DNA from: an archaeon
Lineage (GTDB): Archaea > Asgardarchaeota > Thorarchaeia > Thorarchaeales > Thorarchaeaceae
Assembly: GCA_024275415.1 (NCBI GenBank)
Contig: JAJRZD010000064.1
Location: 30,001-62,000 of the forward strand
Direction of reading: 5' to 3'
DNA length: 32,000 nt
Positions 7,379 through 16,513 of the stretch are shown here, piece by piece (position 1 is the first letter of the stretch; each line of letters opens with the position of its first letter). The position numbers and the translations under genes were made by a program. The notes beneath the pieces are model-generated. The model searched no databases. It saw only the letters and a program-made list of their open reading frames with translations, and had not been told where the DNA came from.

Positions 7379-10033
7379 GTGTTGGTGATTTCAGTGAAAG
7401 TAAAATCTTCTATCGTTGGGCTTCTATCAATATTGATCATCCTAGGACTCACTACACCAGTTTCTGCACTACAATTAGAAGTACTTTATTTCACAACTGA
7501 TCAGCTCGCGTATGAAGTGGGTGAAACTATTAACATGACCGCTAATTTGATCGCAGACTATAATGACGGGGGCTGGTGCCATATTGTATTCTCAATCATC
7601 ACGGGACAAGGGTCACTATTCAACGATGGCTTTTATATATCGCCTTCACCAAACGCACGACTTTTCTCTTCTACATATACAATTCTCCCCGAAGATGTTT
7701 CACCATACCCTGACCCAATTGTTGCTGAAGTCGCGTTCGAAGTAGAAATACTAGATGGTGAATCGTATCAAACGACAAAACAAATAGTATATGTCAATAT
7801 CACACGAGGTCATCTAAAGGTTCGACCTAGGACAAATCTTTCAGTTCAAGCTAATAGCAATGCCTCGGTTGTTTTGAGTGTGGCCAGCATATTCAACGAA
7901 AGCATACCTCTTTCTGAAACAGATGTGTTGGTAGAACTTATCAGCCCATCAAATGAAACTGTTTTTTCAAATATCACCACCACCTCAACAATCGGCGAGG
8001 TGTCTTTACATTGGGATCGAGTCCCTTTTTCACCTGGGGCTTACTCGCTTCGAGTCAGTGGAAATGGCACCAATGCGTTCCTCCCATTTTCTGAATCACT
8101 ACCGTTATCCATCGAGCCTGAACCATCAACTCTTATACGGATTGAGGCCGTTGAAGAGGTATATGGCCCTACTCCAACTGGCCAGTATTATGAGAACGCC
8201 ACTATTATCGTCAAACACGTTGACATTAATCTTGATGCAATTACCAATAGCACTCTAAGGTGGGCCACATCTTTTGCCAATGGGATTATGCAACCTATCT
8301 CTAATGGGCAATACGAAGCAACTATTCCCTTTAACACTACTCCTGGGCAATATCAAATCAATGTGATCAGTTCCAATGCCAACTATCAAGATGCTGCAGA
8401 ATATCTACCTATCAATGTATTGCCGCGAAGTCTTGATGTTTCTATAATCACCAAGCAGATGCTTCCCACCAATACACTGTCTGTTGATGTGACTTTAAGA
8501 GACTGGATGGAGTTTGAGGAAATCGCCTCCATTCCAGTGAACATCTCCGTTTCCCTAAATAGTTGGAACTTCACTTCCTCAGGCATAAGCAATTCTACTG
8601 GGCAGGTTTCATGTAGCATCAATGTCCCCTTCAATGTATGGGGTGACGGCATCATTACAGTATCGACCGAATCATCGACCTATTACACAATATCCAGTAC
8701 GACCCTCCCCGTTGAGTTATTATATGAACCATCGATCGTATTCAATAAAGAACCCGTTTTCGTCAGGGGCTATCAGACGACCTTGAACATCACTCTATTG
8801 AATCCCTTAAATGAAGCCCTAACCAATATCTCAATTACCATGCTTGATATGAACGGCGATTTAATCGCTTCAGGCTCTTCAGGCCCGCTGACTTTTGTCC
8901 TGATTAAATGGTCAGTTCCCACTGATATTAGTCTGGGCAATTATATCTTTACTATCTGCATACTACCGAACCCCCATTATGCCTCTGAAAAAGTTTCAAG
9001 TTTTAATGCATACATCACCGCGCCTCTTTGGATAGTCTATAATGAACTTGATTGGGTATTCACACGAGGGAGATACTCGAATGTAAGCATTACTCCCCTT
9101 TCCGAATCTAATCTAACTGACACCATTCCACTCACTCTTCAACTGAACGTTGGAACCATTCTTTTTCAAGGTCAAGTGACATTAAGGAGCGAGAGCAATC
9201 TATCGATATTTATCTCCTCAAACACCTCAAAGGGCATATATCTATCAGAAATAGTCGTCGTACATGAGAACTATACTCTGATGCATTCCCCTTTTATTGA
9301 AACCACAATTCTAACAGCGATTACGCCACTCATTTACAACACGAGCGCATACTACCAAGAGCATCTCATTTTTGAAATGACTGTTCTAGATGACGAATCA
9401 ACAGCTCTATCCTACGTTCAGGTTGAAATCTCAGACAATGAAACAGATCGACTGATATCCCAATTCGTAGTCACAGATACCAGTAGTCCTCAAACTGTCC
9501 CGCTGCCACACTGGCTATCTCCTGGACATCATGTGTTTCATGTGACCTTTGATGGGAACTATACACAACCTGGACATCTTAGTATTGAACTAATAGTTTG
9601 GATTCGAACCGCAATCCACATATCAGTAACCCCAATTCTTGACAATCAGGCAATTCTATTGAGCAACAAAAGCTTGGGATCCTTTCAAGATCTACAGATT
9701 GCTTCGACTATCTCATCTGGTTCTATCAGTAGTCCCCCACCGATTTTATTCAATGGTACAACCTCTGTCCTATCATCAGAAGTTCGAACGACCTCGTTGA
9801 ATAGTTGGCCCAGATTCAATTCTGGAACAAGCAACCTGTCAACTGTATCTGCGAACTTTTTAATTATCTCATCAGGAAACGGCCACACAGTCCGCAATCT
9901 AAGAGATTTGAACTCCTTTTTGCTCTCATTCATGGCCTGCTCTACAGACCTCGAAGTACTGCCAAACGATATCACACCCCACTCAGCCCTCTCAGGTCCT
10001 TGGATCACCACATCAGAAAGGAAGCCTTCATGA
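7379..10033 (+). CDS. Large secreted Ig-like repeat protein (likely start GTG 7394); last ~116 codons overlap korA antisense
   Basis: GGTGAT SD before GTG 7394; signal peptide IVGLLSILIILGLTTPVSA; repeated beta-sandwich segments (TTTSTIGEV, ISNSTGQVS, G.Y.L.V). No C-terminal TM is visible. Confidence 0.7.
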   Translation: MLVISVKVKSSIVGLLSILIILGLTTPVSALQLEVLYFTTDQLAYEVGETINMTANLIADYNDGGWCHIVFSIITGQGSLFNDGFYISPSPNARLFSSTYTILPEDVSPYPDPIVAEVAFEVEILDGESYQTTKQIVYVNITRGHLKVRPRTNLSVQANSNASVVLSVASIFNESIPLSETDVLVELISPSNETVFSNITTTSTIGEVSLHWDRVPFSPGAYSLRVSGNGTNAFLPFSESLPLSIEPEPSTLIRIEAVEEVYGPTPTGQYYENATIIVKHVDINLDAITNSTLRWATSFANGIMQPISNGQYEATIPFNTTPGQYQINVISSNANYQDAAEYLPINVLPRSLDVSIITKQMLPTNTLSVDVTLRDWMEFEEIASIPVNISVSLNSWNFTSSGISNSTGQVSCSINVPFNVWGDGIITVSTESSTYYTISSTTLPVELLYEPSIVFNKEPVFVRGYQTTLNITLLNPLNEALTNISITMLDMNGDLIASGSSGPLTFVLIKWSVPTDISLGNYIFTICILPNPHYASEKVSSFNAYITAPLWIVYNELDWVFTRGRYSNVSITPLSESNLTDTIPLTLQLNVGTILFQGQVTLRSESNLSIFISSNTSKGIYLSEIVVVHENYTLMHSPFIETTILTAITPLIYNTSAYYQEHLIFEMTVLDDESTALSYVQVEISDNETDRLISQFVVTDTSSPQTVPLPHWLSPGHHVFHVTFDGNYTQPGHLSIELIVWIRTAIHISVTPILDNQAILLSNKSLGSFQDLQIASTISSGSISSPPPILFNGTTSVLSSEVRTTSLNSWPRFNSGTSNLSTVSANFLIISSGNGHTVRNLRDLNSFLLSFMACSTDLEVLPNDITPHSALSGPWITTSERKPS

Positions 10034-10812
10034 TTTACTATCTTATCCTTCAGCCTTCTTACAAGAAGGTTATGCGTTTTCGGATCTGAAGTTCGTCTGA
10101 ACCCTCTGTTATCATGCGTAGAACCGGTGACTAACAGCCTGTGCCCATCCCCAAACTTTGGCATCAACGATCTTCCTTCAGAGTCCCATCCACCATAAGG
10201 AGGATTACTTGTTTGTGCATAAGATCTGGTCACAGCCAAACCTGCTTCTCTTATTACTACCCGCTCTCGTGAATGTGCGACAATCTCATCAGACAGAATG
10301 ATCACAGGATGCCTTAGACGCTCAGATATGTCAAAGGCACGCATCGTCAACTCGTAGGACTCTTGGGATGAATTCGGCGCTAAAACAATGCTCTCATGAT
10401 CTCCATGGGTTCCCCATCTAGATTGCATTAGGTCTCCTTGAGCCACTTTCGTTGCCTGTCCAGTACTTGGCCCCGCACGTTGCACATCTACAATCACGCA
10501 AGGCGTTTCTGTCATAACTGCATAACCGATGCTTTCTTGCATCAAGCTGAAACCTGGCCCTGATGTGGCCGTCATTGAAAGAAGCCCTCCCCACGATGCC
10601 CCGATTATGGCTGAAATTGCTGCAATTTCATCTTCCATCTGCAGATAAATTCCCCCTCGTTTTGGGAGTTCCTGGGACATGGCCTCTGCAATCTCAGACG
10701 CAGGAGTAATCGGATACCCCGCAAAGAATCTACATCCTGCTGCAATAGCACCTTCTGCAATAGCCCGATTTCCCTGCCAGAAAACGACGTTCCAATCCAT
10801 TGAATTGCTCAT
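9685..10812 (-). CDS. korA: 2-oxoacid:ferredoxin oxidoreductase alpha subunit (short form)
   Basis: QGNRAIAEGAIAAGCRFFAGYPITPASEIAE, QMEDEIAA, TATSGPGFSLMQE, VQRAGPSTGQAT, LVPELNLGQL motifs. Confidence 0.92.
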   Translation of the reverse strand: MSNSMDWNVVFWQGNRAIAEGAIAAGCRFFAGYPITPASEIAEAMSQELPKRGGIYLQMEDEIAAISAIIGASWGGLLSMTATSGPGFSLMQESIGYAVMTETPCVIVDVQRAGPSTGQATKVAQGDLMQSRWGTHGDHESIVLAPNSSQESYELTMRAFDISERLRHPVIILSDEIVAHSRERVVIREAGLAVTRSYAQTSNPPYGGWDSEGRSLMPKFGDGHRLLVTGSTHDNRGFRRTSDPKTHNLLVRRLKDKIVNHEGFLSDVVIQGPERAEWGVISFGSTSRSVEQAMNESKKEFKSLRLRTVWPFPDEIIKKFADTVDRLLVPELNLGQLFNEVVRTSDDRTEVVPLNKIGGGLLIEPDEIVEAICRS

Positions 10813-10921
10813 ATGTTACTCGTCTATACAGCCATTCGACCCCAAGATAAAACTTGAGTTTCAACAAAAAAGCACAATGATAACAGATAGTCTTTTATCA
10901 ATTTCTGGATTCGCATATGCA

Positions 10922-11026
10922 GCGGCCATAGTCTAGTCTGGTTAGGACGGAAGCTTCCCAAGCTTTTGACCCGGGTCGAGTTTCCATTATGAACTCGCGG
11001 GACTTCAAATCCCGGTGGCCGCACCA
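10922..11026 (+). tRNA. tRNA-Gly(CCC) with a 28-nt non-canonical intron at 53/54 (10976-11003); CCA encoded
   Basis: Acceptor stem GCGGCCA/TGGCCGC; anticodon arm GAAGC-TTCCCAA-GCTTT. Strict BHB: TTTGA-CCCG-GG^T-CGAGTT / AACTCG-CGGG-AC^T-TCAAA. TATA-like TTTTATC about 23 nt upstream. Confidence 0.95.
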
Positions 11027-11066
11027 TATATTGCTAGGACATTTAAGAAAAGATTCTCTTTCATCC

Positions 11067-11181
11067 ATTGGCGAGCAATGAATGTCATGACCCCGATGAG
11101 TCTCGCTGACGATGACTTGGATCTTGAGTTATGAGCTCGCCAATAATACTTTCGGCAACCTCTGAAACCAAATGTTTTTTT
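11067..11181 (+). ncRNA. Candidate K-turn-containing small RNA
   Basis: TTTAAG at 11042-11047; 10-bp perfect stem ATTGGCGAGC/GCTCGCCAAT; 3-nt bulge AAT, tandem GA/GA and a further stem; T7 tract at 11175-11181. Confidence 0.5.
11175..11181 (+). terminator. Oligo-T tract (archaeal-type terminator candidate)
   Basis: TTTTTTT downstream of tRNA-Gly and the candidate sRNA, upstream of the cdc6 TATA (11202-11208). Confidence 0.4.
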
Positions 11182-11234
11182 AATCGAACAGTTCACAACA
11201 CTTTTAAGCTTGGTAATACTTACCGTAGTTTGGG

Positions 11235-12452
11235 ATGCCACACGATTACATAGAGGACGAGCTTGGAAGAAAAAGTGTATTCAAGTCCGAGCAGTATTTG
11301 TCAATTGATTATGTTCCTGAGAGCCTCCCTCATAGAGAAAACGAACTAAGAATACTTGCTCAGAGTTTCAAATCACTAATAGCCACACCTGGACGAACGA
11401 GTCAAAAATTCCTTATTGAGGGGCCGGTTGGTACAGGTAAGACGGCTGTTGCAAAACGCTTCGCTGAACAGATGGAAATGGCAGCAAGGCGACCTGGTAG
11501 AAATTTACGATTTCATAAACTCCATATCAACTGCAGAGTAAACAAGAGTGCATATCTAGTGTACCTAAAAATCCTCCGCACCTTCAGACCAGAGTTTCCT
11601 CGAAGGGGACACTCGCCTGAAGAGATACTACAGATGATAGTAGAAGTGTTAGAATCTGAAGACAGATATCTTCTTCTCATCCTTGATGAACTCGACTACT
11701 TCATAAAACAAAAAGGTGGGGACATTCTTTACAATCTTACCCGCCTCATGGACGATCAGCTTAATGCACAGCAACGACTTTCAATCATCGGAGTTGGGAG
11801 GAGAATTCCTCTCGATCAGGGTCTGTTCGATTCCAGTACACTAAGCACCCTCCAAAGAAACATCCTTCGCTTCAAACCGTATAACGCAATCCAACTCCAA
11901 GATATCCTGAATGAACGCGTCAGGATGGCATTTGAGAAAGGAGCTATTATGAAGGAGGCACTCCAAATGATTTGTGAGATTGCTGCAGAGAGAGGTGATG
12001 CCAGATACGCTATCGAACTTCTATGGAGGGCTGGCAAACAGGCCGATAGTCTAGAATCGCCTGTCATTATCCCTGATTATGTTAGAAAAGCCAAAGCAGA
12101 TACACATCCTGAGCTGAGAGTTGAGGTGTTGAGTACTCTGCCCAAACAAACTCAGCTTCTTCTACTGGCTACTGCTCGAAAACTTAAGGAGGGTCGTAGC
12201 GCCTATGTCACCATTGGGGAAGTCGAAGAGATGTACCGATCTGTTTGTGAAGAATATGGCACAGAGGCAAGAGCACATACACAGATCTAGGAATGGGTTC
12301 AAGACTTGCAGGCACATGGCGTCATCGATACGAAACGCTCAAGCATCGGGCATCGGGGCCAAACAACATTGATAGGGCTTTCTGATGTACCTGCATATCT
12401 TTTAGAGCAGCACCTATTGGATGTACTAAATACTGAGGGAAAAGCTGAATGA
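11235..12452 (+). CDS. cdc6: Orc1/Cdc6 replication initiator with one in-frame TAG at 12288-12290 (405 aa if read through)
   Basis: LPHRENEL, Walker A GPVGTGKT, Walker B ILDELD, GDARYAIELL. After the TAG the same frame continues EWVQDLQAHGVIDTKRSSIGHRGQTTLIGL..., completing the winged helix, and ends at TGA 12450-12452 overlapping the next ATG. Confidence 0.9.
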
Positions 12453-12733
12453 ATCGCGAGATACGGCAAAGAATACCTATCGAAGACCTTTTTTCCTCAA
12501 AAGGCAGGGTAAAGATACTCAAAGAGCTAGTGGATTCAGCAGAGTTGAACATCTCCGAACTATGCCGACGTGTTGGATTGAACCACACTACCACAAAATC
12601 CCATTTGAGAGTGCTCATCGCCTCTGGATTGATTGAAGAGAAAACCTTCGGACGAATCAAAATATATCGATATCGTATTGAGGATTTAAGAGCAAGGTCT
12701 CTCAAGAATTTCTTTGAACTATGGAGCTCGTGA
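12449..12733 (+). CDS. ArsR-like winged-helix protein
   Basis: LFSSKGRVKILKEL...ELNISELCRRVGLNHTTTKSHLRVL...GLIEEK; translationally coupled to read-through cdc6. Confidence 0.8.
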   Translation: MNREIRQRIPIEDLFSSKGRVKILKELVDSAELNISELCRRVGLNHTTTKSHLRVLIASGLIEEKTFGRIKIYRYRIEDLRARSLKNFFELWSS

Positions 12734-13580
12734 GAAAGGGGAACTCTATTTGACAAATTACCTTGCCCGCATTTTCTATCTTGGCATGAACTATCACGGT
12801 TCTCAATGGCAACCCAATGTTCGCACAGTACAGGGTGCGGTCGTAGATGCCCTTGCAAAATGGTGCAGAAATCAGTACCCTTTGGAAAAACTATCTTTTT
12901 CTGGGAGAACCGACAAAGGCGTAACAAGCATAGGACAGATAATCTGTTTTGAATCTGATACTATACCCAATATCGATAAAATAAATTCATACCTCCCTGA
13001 AGATATCGTCTTGTGGGCGATCACTACAGCACCTCCAAGGTTCTCACCACGTTACAGTGTTCTCTCAAGACACTATCGCTATTTCTTGGACACCGATGGT
13101 TCCAACTTGAATCTTGACGACATCCGAAAGGCAGCCAAACATCTAATCGGCACTCACAATTATGCACTCCTATCAAAACCTGATAATAACCGTAATACCC
13201 TCGCAACCATACTTAATATCGCAATCAAAATATCTGGTACGAAACTTGTGATTGATGTGTATGGAACAAGATTCTTATGGAAGCTTGTCAGAAAGATAGT
13301 GAGTCTTCTGAAACTGATTGGTGAGAACCACTATCCTCCTGATGTCGTTCTACAGCTCCTTGAAGGGCGCCCCGCGATTGTAGGAGGAATCAGACCTGCT
13401 CCTGCAGAAGGACTTGTTCTTGTTGAAGCTGTAACACCACTTAGAATGAAAGTAAGTAAAAATGCTGTTGCTGCTATTCGAAAAAAAATCTTTCAGGATT
13501 TGTTATTTCACAAAAATACCATTACGACTTTGGACGGCATCGCCAACAATTTGACACTTAACGGAAGATTGACTCTCTGA
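12714..13580 (+). CDS. truA: tRNA pseudouridine(38-40) synthase (likely start TTG 12750)
   Basis: Y.G..YHGSQWQP, GRTDKGV catalytic motif, RHYRY, FLWKLVRKIV, PAPAEGLVL. Confidence 0.9.
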   Translation: MNYGAREKGELYLTNYLARIFYLGMNYHGSQWQPNVRTVQGAVVDALAKWCRNQYPLEKLSFSGRTDKGVTSIGQIICFESDTIPNIDKINSYLPEDIVLWAITTAPPRFSPRYSVLSRHYRYFLDTDGSNLNLDDIRKAAKHLIGTHNYALLSKPDNNRNTLATILNIAIKISGTKLVIDVYGTRFLWKLVRKIVSLLKLIGENHYPPDVVLQLLEGRPAIVGGIRPAPAEGLVLVEAVTPLRMKVSKNAVAAIRKKIFQDLLFHKNTITTLDGIANNLTLNGRLTL

Positions 13581-14760
13581 TTCCCAGCCATTGAGTGATG
13601 TCCTTTTTCACCTTTGGATTGGCCTTGATAAGCACCTCAATAACCCTAATGTATTCATCATATGCCCGTGATTTTGAAATATTTGCTATGTTTGATATGC
13701 GTCGAATCAGTTCATCTCCTTTTCCTCGCTTTCTCTGACCCTTCCATACTAGCAAAGGCCAAAGAGGTTCTGAATAGGTAACTCGTCTGTAAGGCGTACT
13801 AGTTCGACTGGCTGCAATAAATGACGAAAGAAAATCGTATGCATATGCTAGAAGCTTCCAATTCTGCTGCCTCATGATTCTTCCAAGATATAGATCCGCA
13901 ATGGAAAGAGAATTGAGTCCATGTGCAAGTTCAGAACTAGTTCCCAAATGTAGGTGAATGTTTTCTTCAAACCAGAGAACTAGACTATCATGATTAACAT
14001 CGGTTTGATTAATAATCAACCTCGCCATTGCGGGTTCAGTCGTCATAAACAGCCTTTTCAATGTCTGCTCAACCGAAGTTCTAGTATCCCTTGCTTCTAG
14101 TTCATCTTCAGAAATCTTCCCTTCAATAATGGATTCTAAGTCTGAAATGGCTGCACGCAAATCGCCTCTAGAAATACTCGCAACTCTCTCAATGGTTTCT
14201 TGTGACACAATAACAGAGTTCTCTTTCACCAACCGTCTTAGGACTTTCACTACTATCTCATTATCAAGCAAAGAGAACTGTATTACAATGCATCGTTTCA
14301 GTAACTCTTTGAGTCTAGGACTATTAGGATCATTTGCTGTCATGACGATTGGATGAACTGAAGATTCGATTACCTTCAATATTGCAGCAACTCCCCCTCT
14401 ATCTCCCGTGCCAGAGAGTCCATCTACCTCGTCAAGTAATATTACCCGACGGCTTCCATCAAGGGTATCCTGACCTGCAGAACGTAAAACAAGCTTCTCG
14501 ATGCTGTCCTTGTTCCGCTTGTCGCTTGCATTGAACTCTACCAGTTCATAGCCCAAATCGTTTGCTAATGCACCAATCGATGATGTCTTTCCGGTTCCTG
14601 GAGGACCAATTAGCAATGCAGCTCGTTTGTTTGGATATCCGTTTTTCCATGAGAGTAGCCATTCAAGTAATCCATCAATTCCTGCAGAGTTTCCCACCAG
14701 CTCCTTTCTAGTAGTTGGTCTATACCTCTCAATCCATGGAAGGTGGGCATCGTCCATCAT
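13558..14760 (-). CDS. rfcL: Replication factor C large subunit
   Basis: PWIERYRP, GPPGTGKTS, EFNASDKR, ILLDEVDG, GDLRAAISDL. Confidence 0.92.
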   Translation of the reverse strand: MMDDAHLPWIERYRPTTRKELVGNSAGIDGLLEWLLSWKNGYPNKRAALLIGPPGTGKTSSIGALANDLGYELVEFNASDKRNKDSIEKLVLRSAGQDTLDGSRRVILLDEVDGLSGTGDRGGVAAILKVIESSVHPIVMTANDPNSPRLKELLKRCIVIQFSLLDNEIVVKVLRRLVKENSVIVSQETIERVASISRGDLRAAISDLESIIEGKISEDELEARDTRTSVEQTLKRLFMTTEPAMARLIINQTDVNHDSLVLWFEENIHLHLGTSSELAHGLNSLSIADLYLGRIMRQQNWKLLAYAYDFLSSFIAASRTSTPYRRVTYSEPLWPLLVWKGQRKRGKGDELIRRISNIANISKSRAYDEYIRVIEVLIKANPKVKKDITQWLGIRESIFR

Positions 14761-15710
14761 TCATCGTTCCTATAAGAGATGTGCGCTAGAAGAGCTGATA
14801 TCTGAATCTCCCCATTTGCCCCTTCAGCAATGCGAAACTCTGCTTCAGCCGCTTTCTCAAGGGCAGAGCGTTTTGAGTCAACCGAGATATCTATCTTTTG
14901 AAGTTCTCTGTGAATCTGCCTGATGAGATCCAAAGGAGAAATTCCCCATTGTAGAATCAACTCTCTTAGATGCTGAAGTGACTGCTCGAACCGTCCTTCA
15001 TGTGCCTCTTTTATGAGGTTCCGTATCTTTATAGGATCCGCTTGACCTGAGATGGTGAATACACTAGTGTTTGTAACTTCCCCCGTAGATGCGGCTGCCT
15101 GTAGAAGATTGATCGCGCCTCGCATATCGCCGTCTGCCAAATACAGGATTGCTTCTTTGCCTTCCGGTGTCATTGACACGTTCTCAGCTTTTGAGATGAA
15201 ATCCAATCTACTCTCGATGAATTCCTTCTTCAATCTATTGAATTTGAAAATAGCACAGCGTGATTGTATCGGTGGTATTATTCGGCTCGAATAATTGCAT
15301 ATGAGAATCATTCTACATGACGATGCATATGATTCCATAGTCCTTCGAAGCGCATGCTGGGCATCGCTTGTGAGATGGTCGGCCTCATCAAGAACCAGAA
15401 TCTTAAATGGAGCATCACCGGCAGGCAACGAGCGCGCAAAGGTCTTGATCTGGTTTCTTACAACGTCGATTCCTCTCTCATCGCTCGCATTCAACTCCAT
15501 GAAGTTCCTTTCATACGACTCCCCGAATAGATCCCTTGCTAGCGCAATCGCAGCCGTGGTCTTCGCAGTGCCAGGAGGTCCTGAAAAAAGACAATGGGGA
15601 AGTGTTCTGTTCTCAACAAATTTGGAAAGACGATTAATAATAGCATCCTGTCCAACTATCTCGCTTAGAGTACTGGGTCTATGCTTTTCAGTCCACAAAT
15701 CAATTTTCAT
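14757..15710 (-). CDS. rfcS: Replication factor C small subunit
   Basis: WTEKHRP, GPPGTAKTT, ELNASDERGI, LDEADHLT, SRC motif, GDMRGAINLLQ. Confidence 0.95.
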   Translation of the reverse strand: MKIDLWTEKHRPSTLSEIVGQDAIINRLSKFVENRTLPHCLFSGPPGTAKTTAAIALARDLFGESYERNFMELNASDERGIDVVRNQIKTFARSLPAGDAPFKILVLDEADHLTSDAQHALRRTMESYASSCRMILICNYSSRIIPPIQSRCAIFKFNRLKKEFIESRLDFISKAENVSMTPEGKEAILYLADGDMRGAINLLQAAASTGEVTNTSVFTISGQADPIKIRNLIKEAHEGRFEQSLQHLRELILQWGISPLDLIRQIHRELQKIDISVDSKRSALEKAAEAEFRIAEGANGEIQISALLAHISYRNDE

Positions 15711-15859
15711 ATCAGTAATTCACCAGCACAAAATAATGCTATAACCCGAATCTCTTCTCATCTGTCTTGGATGCAATTAATCTAAAAAGGTTGCCTGAAA
15801 AATCCAAGTCAGCTCTTCCTAACAATGCCTTTATCACATTTCCAAGCATTTGAATAACC

Positions 15860-16423
15860 ATGATCTATCTAAGGCAGTCCATCGACAACATCATTGAACG
15901 AGCCCAAATGGATTTCGCAAATGATACTCGGTCATGCATCACCATCCGTGATATTCCTGAATTATTGATTGCAGGAAAAAAAGTAGGACCATTTCCCAAA
16001 TCCACCCAAATCGAGTTACCTAACTGGGCTATAGAGCCATTGACAAATCATGGGTATGTCAAACTGGATCCAGATTCAGATTATTCATCGTTGCAAGGCG
16101 TTCAAAATGTGCACAGCGTTGAAAAAGATAGCCCCCATAAAGGACTACAACCTATCCATCCATTGCTATACTCGGCAATAAATAAGAAGTTGATTAAGAT
16201 TCGTAGAGAAAAAGGAACCTTGGATCCGAAGGAGTTTGATGAGCTGGAGCGATTACGTCTGCTAATTAGTATCATTTCCCAAAAACGGCTCTCGAAAATA
16301 CTGCGAGTGGCAAAATCGGGGGCATGCTCCGAGAAGCGTAAGGCCATGACACTTGAAGAACGTTGGCTATGTGAAGAGATAAGCATCTTGGCCACTGAAT
16401 GGAGGGATCATCTTCTCCTTTAG
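15860..16423 (+). CDS. gins23: GINS subunit, Gins23 type
   Basis: N-terminal beta (B) domain GPF......ELPNWAI..L...G.V followed by a helical A domain (RL.KILR, MTLEE); directly upstream of mcm. Confidence 0.75.
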   Translation: MIYLRQSIDNIIERAQMDFANDTRSCITIRDIPELLIAGKKVGPFPKSTQIELPNWAIEPLTNHGYVKLDPDSDYSSLQGVQNVHSVEKDSPHKGLQPIHPLLYSAINKKLIKIRREKGTLDPKEFDELERLRLLISIISQKRLSKILRVAKSGACSEKRKAMTLEERWLCEEISILATEWRDHLLL

Positions 16424-16513
16424 TGATACAGGAGCTTAAATATCTAATGACAGTACTAACAATTCGGACAAATGCAGATATTCCACTGATTATCCCATTG
16501 ACCAGAACAATAT

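Noticed and set aside
11027-11234. Replication origin (ORB boxes) upstream of cdc6
   Set aside because: No TCCAGTGGAAAC-type or G-string ORB repeats and no long AT-rich unwinding element are visible; the gap is better explained by an sRNA candidate and the cdc6 promoter.
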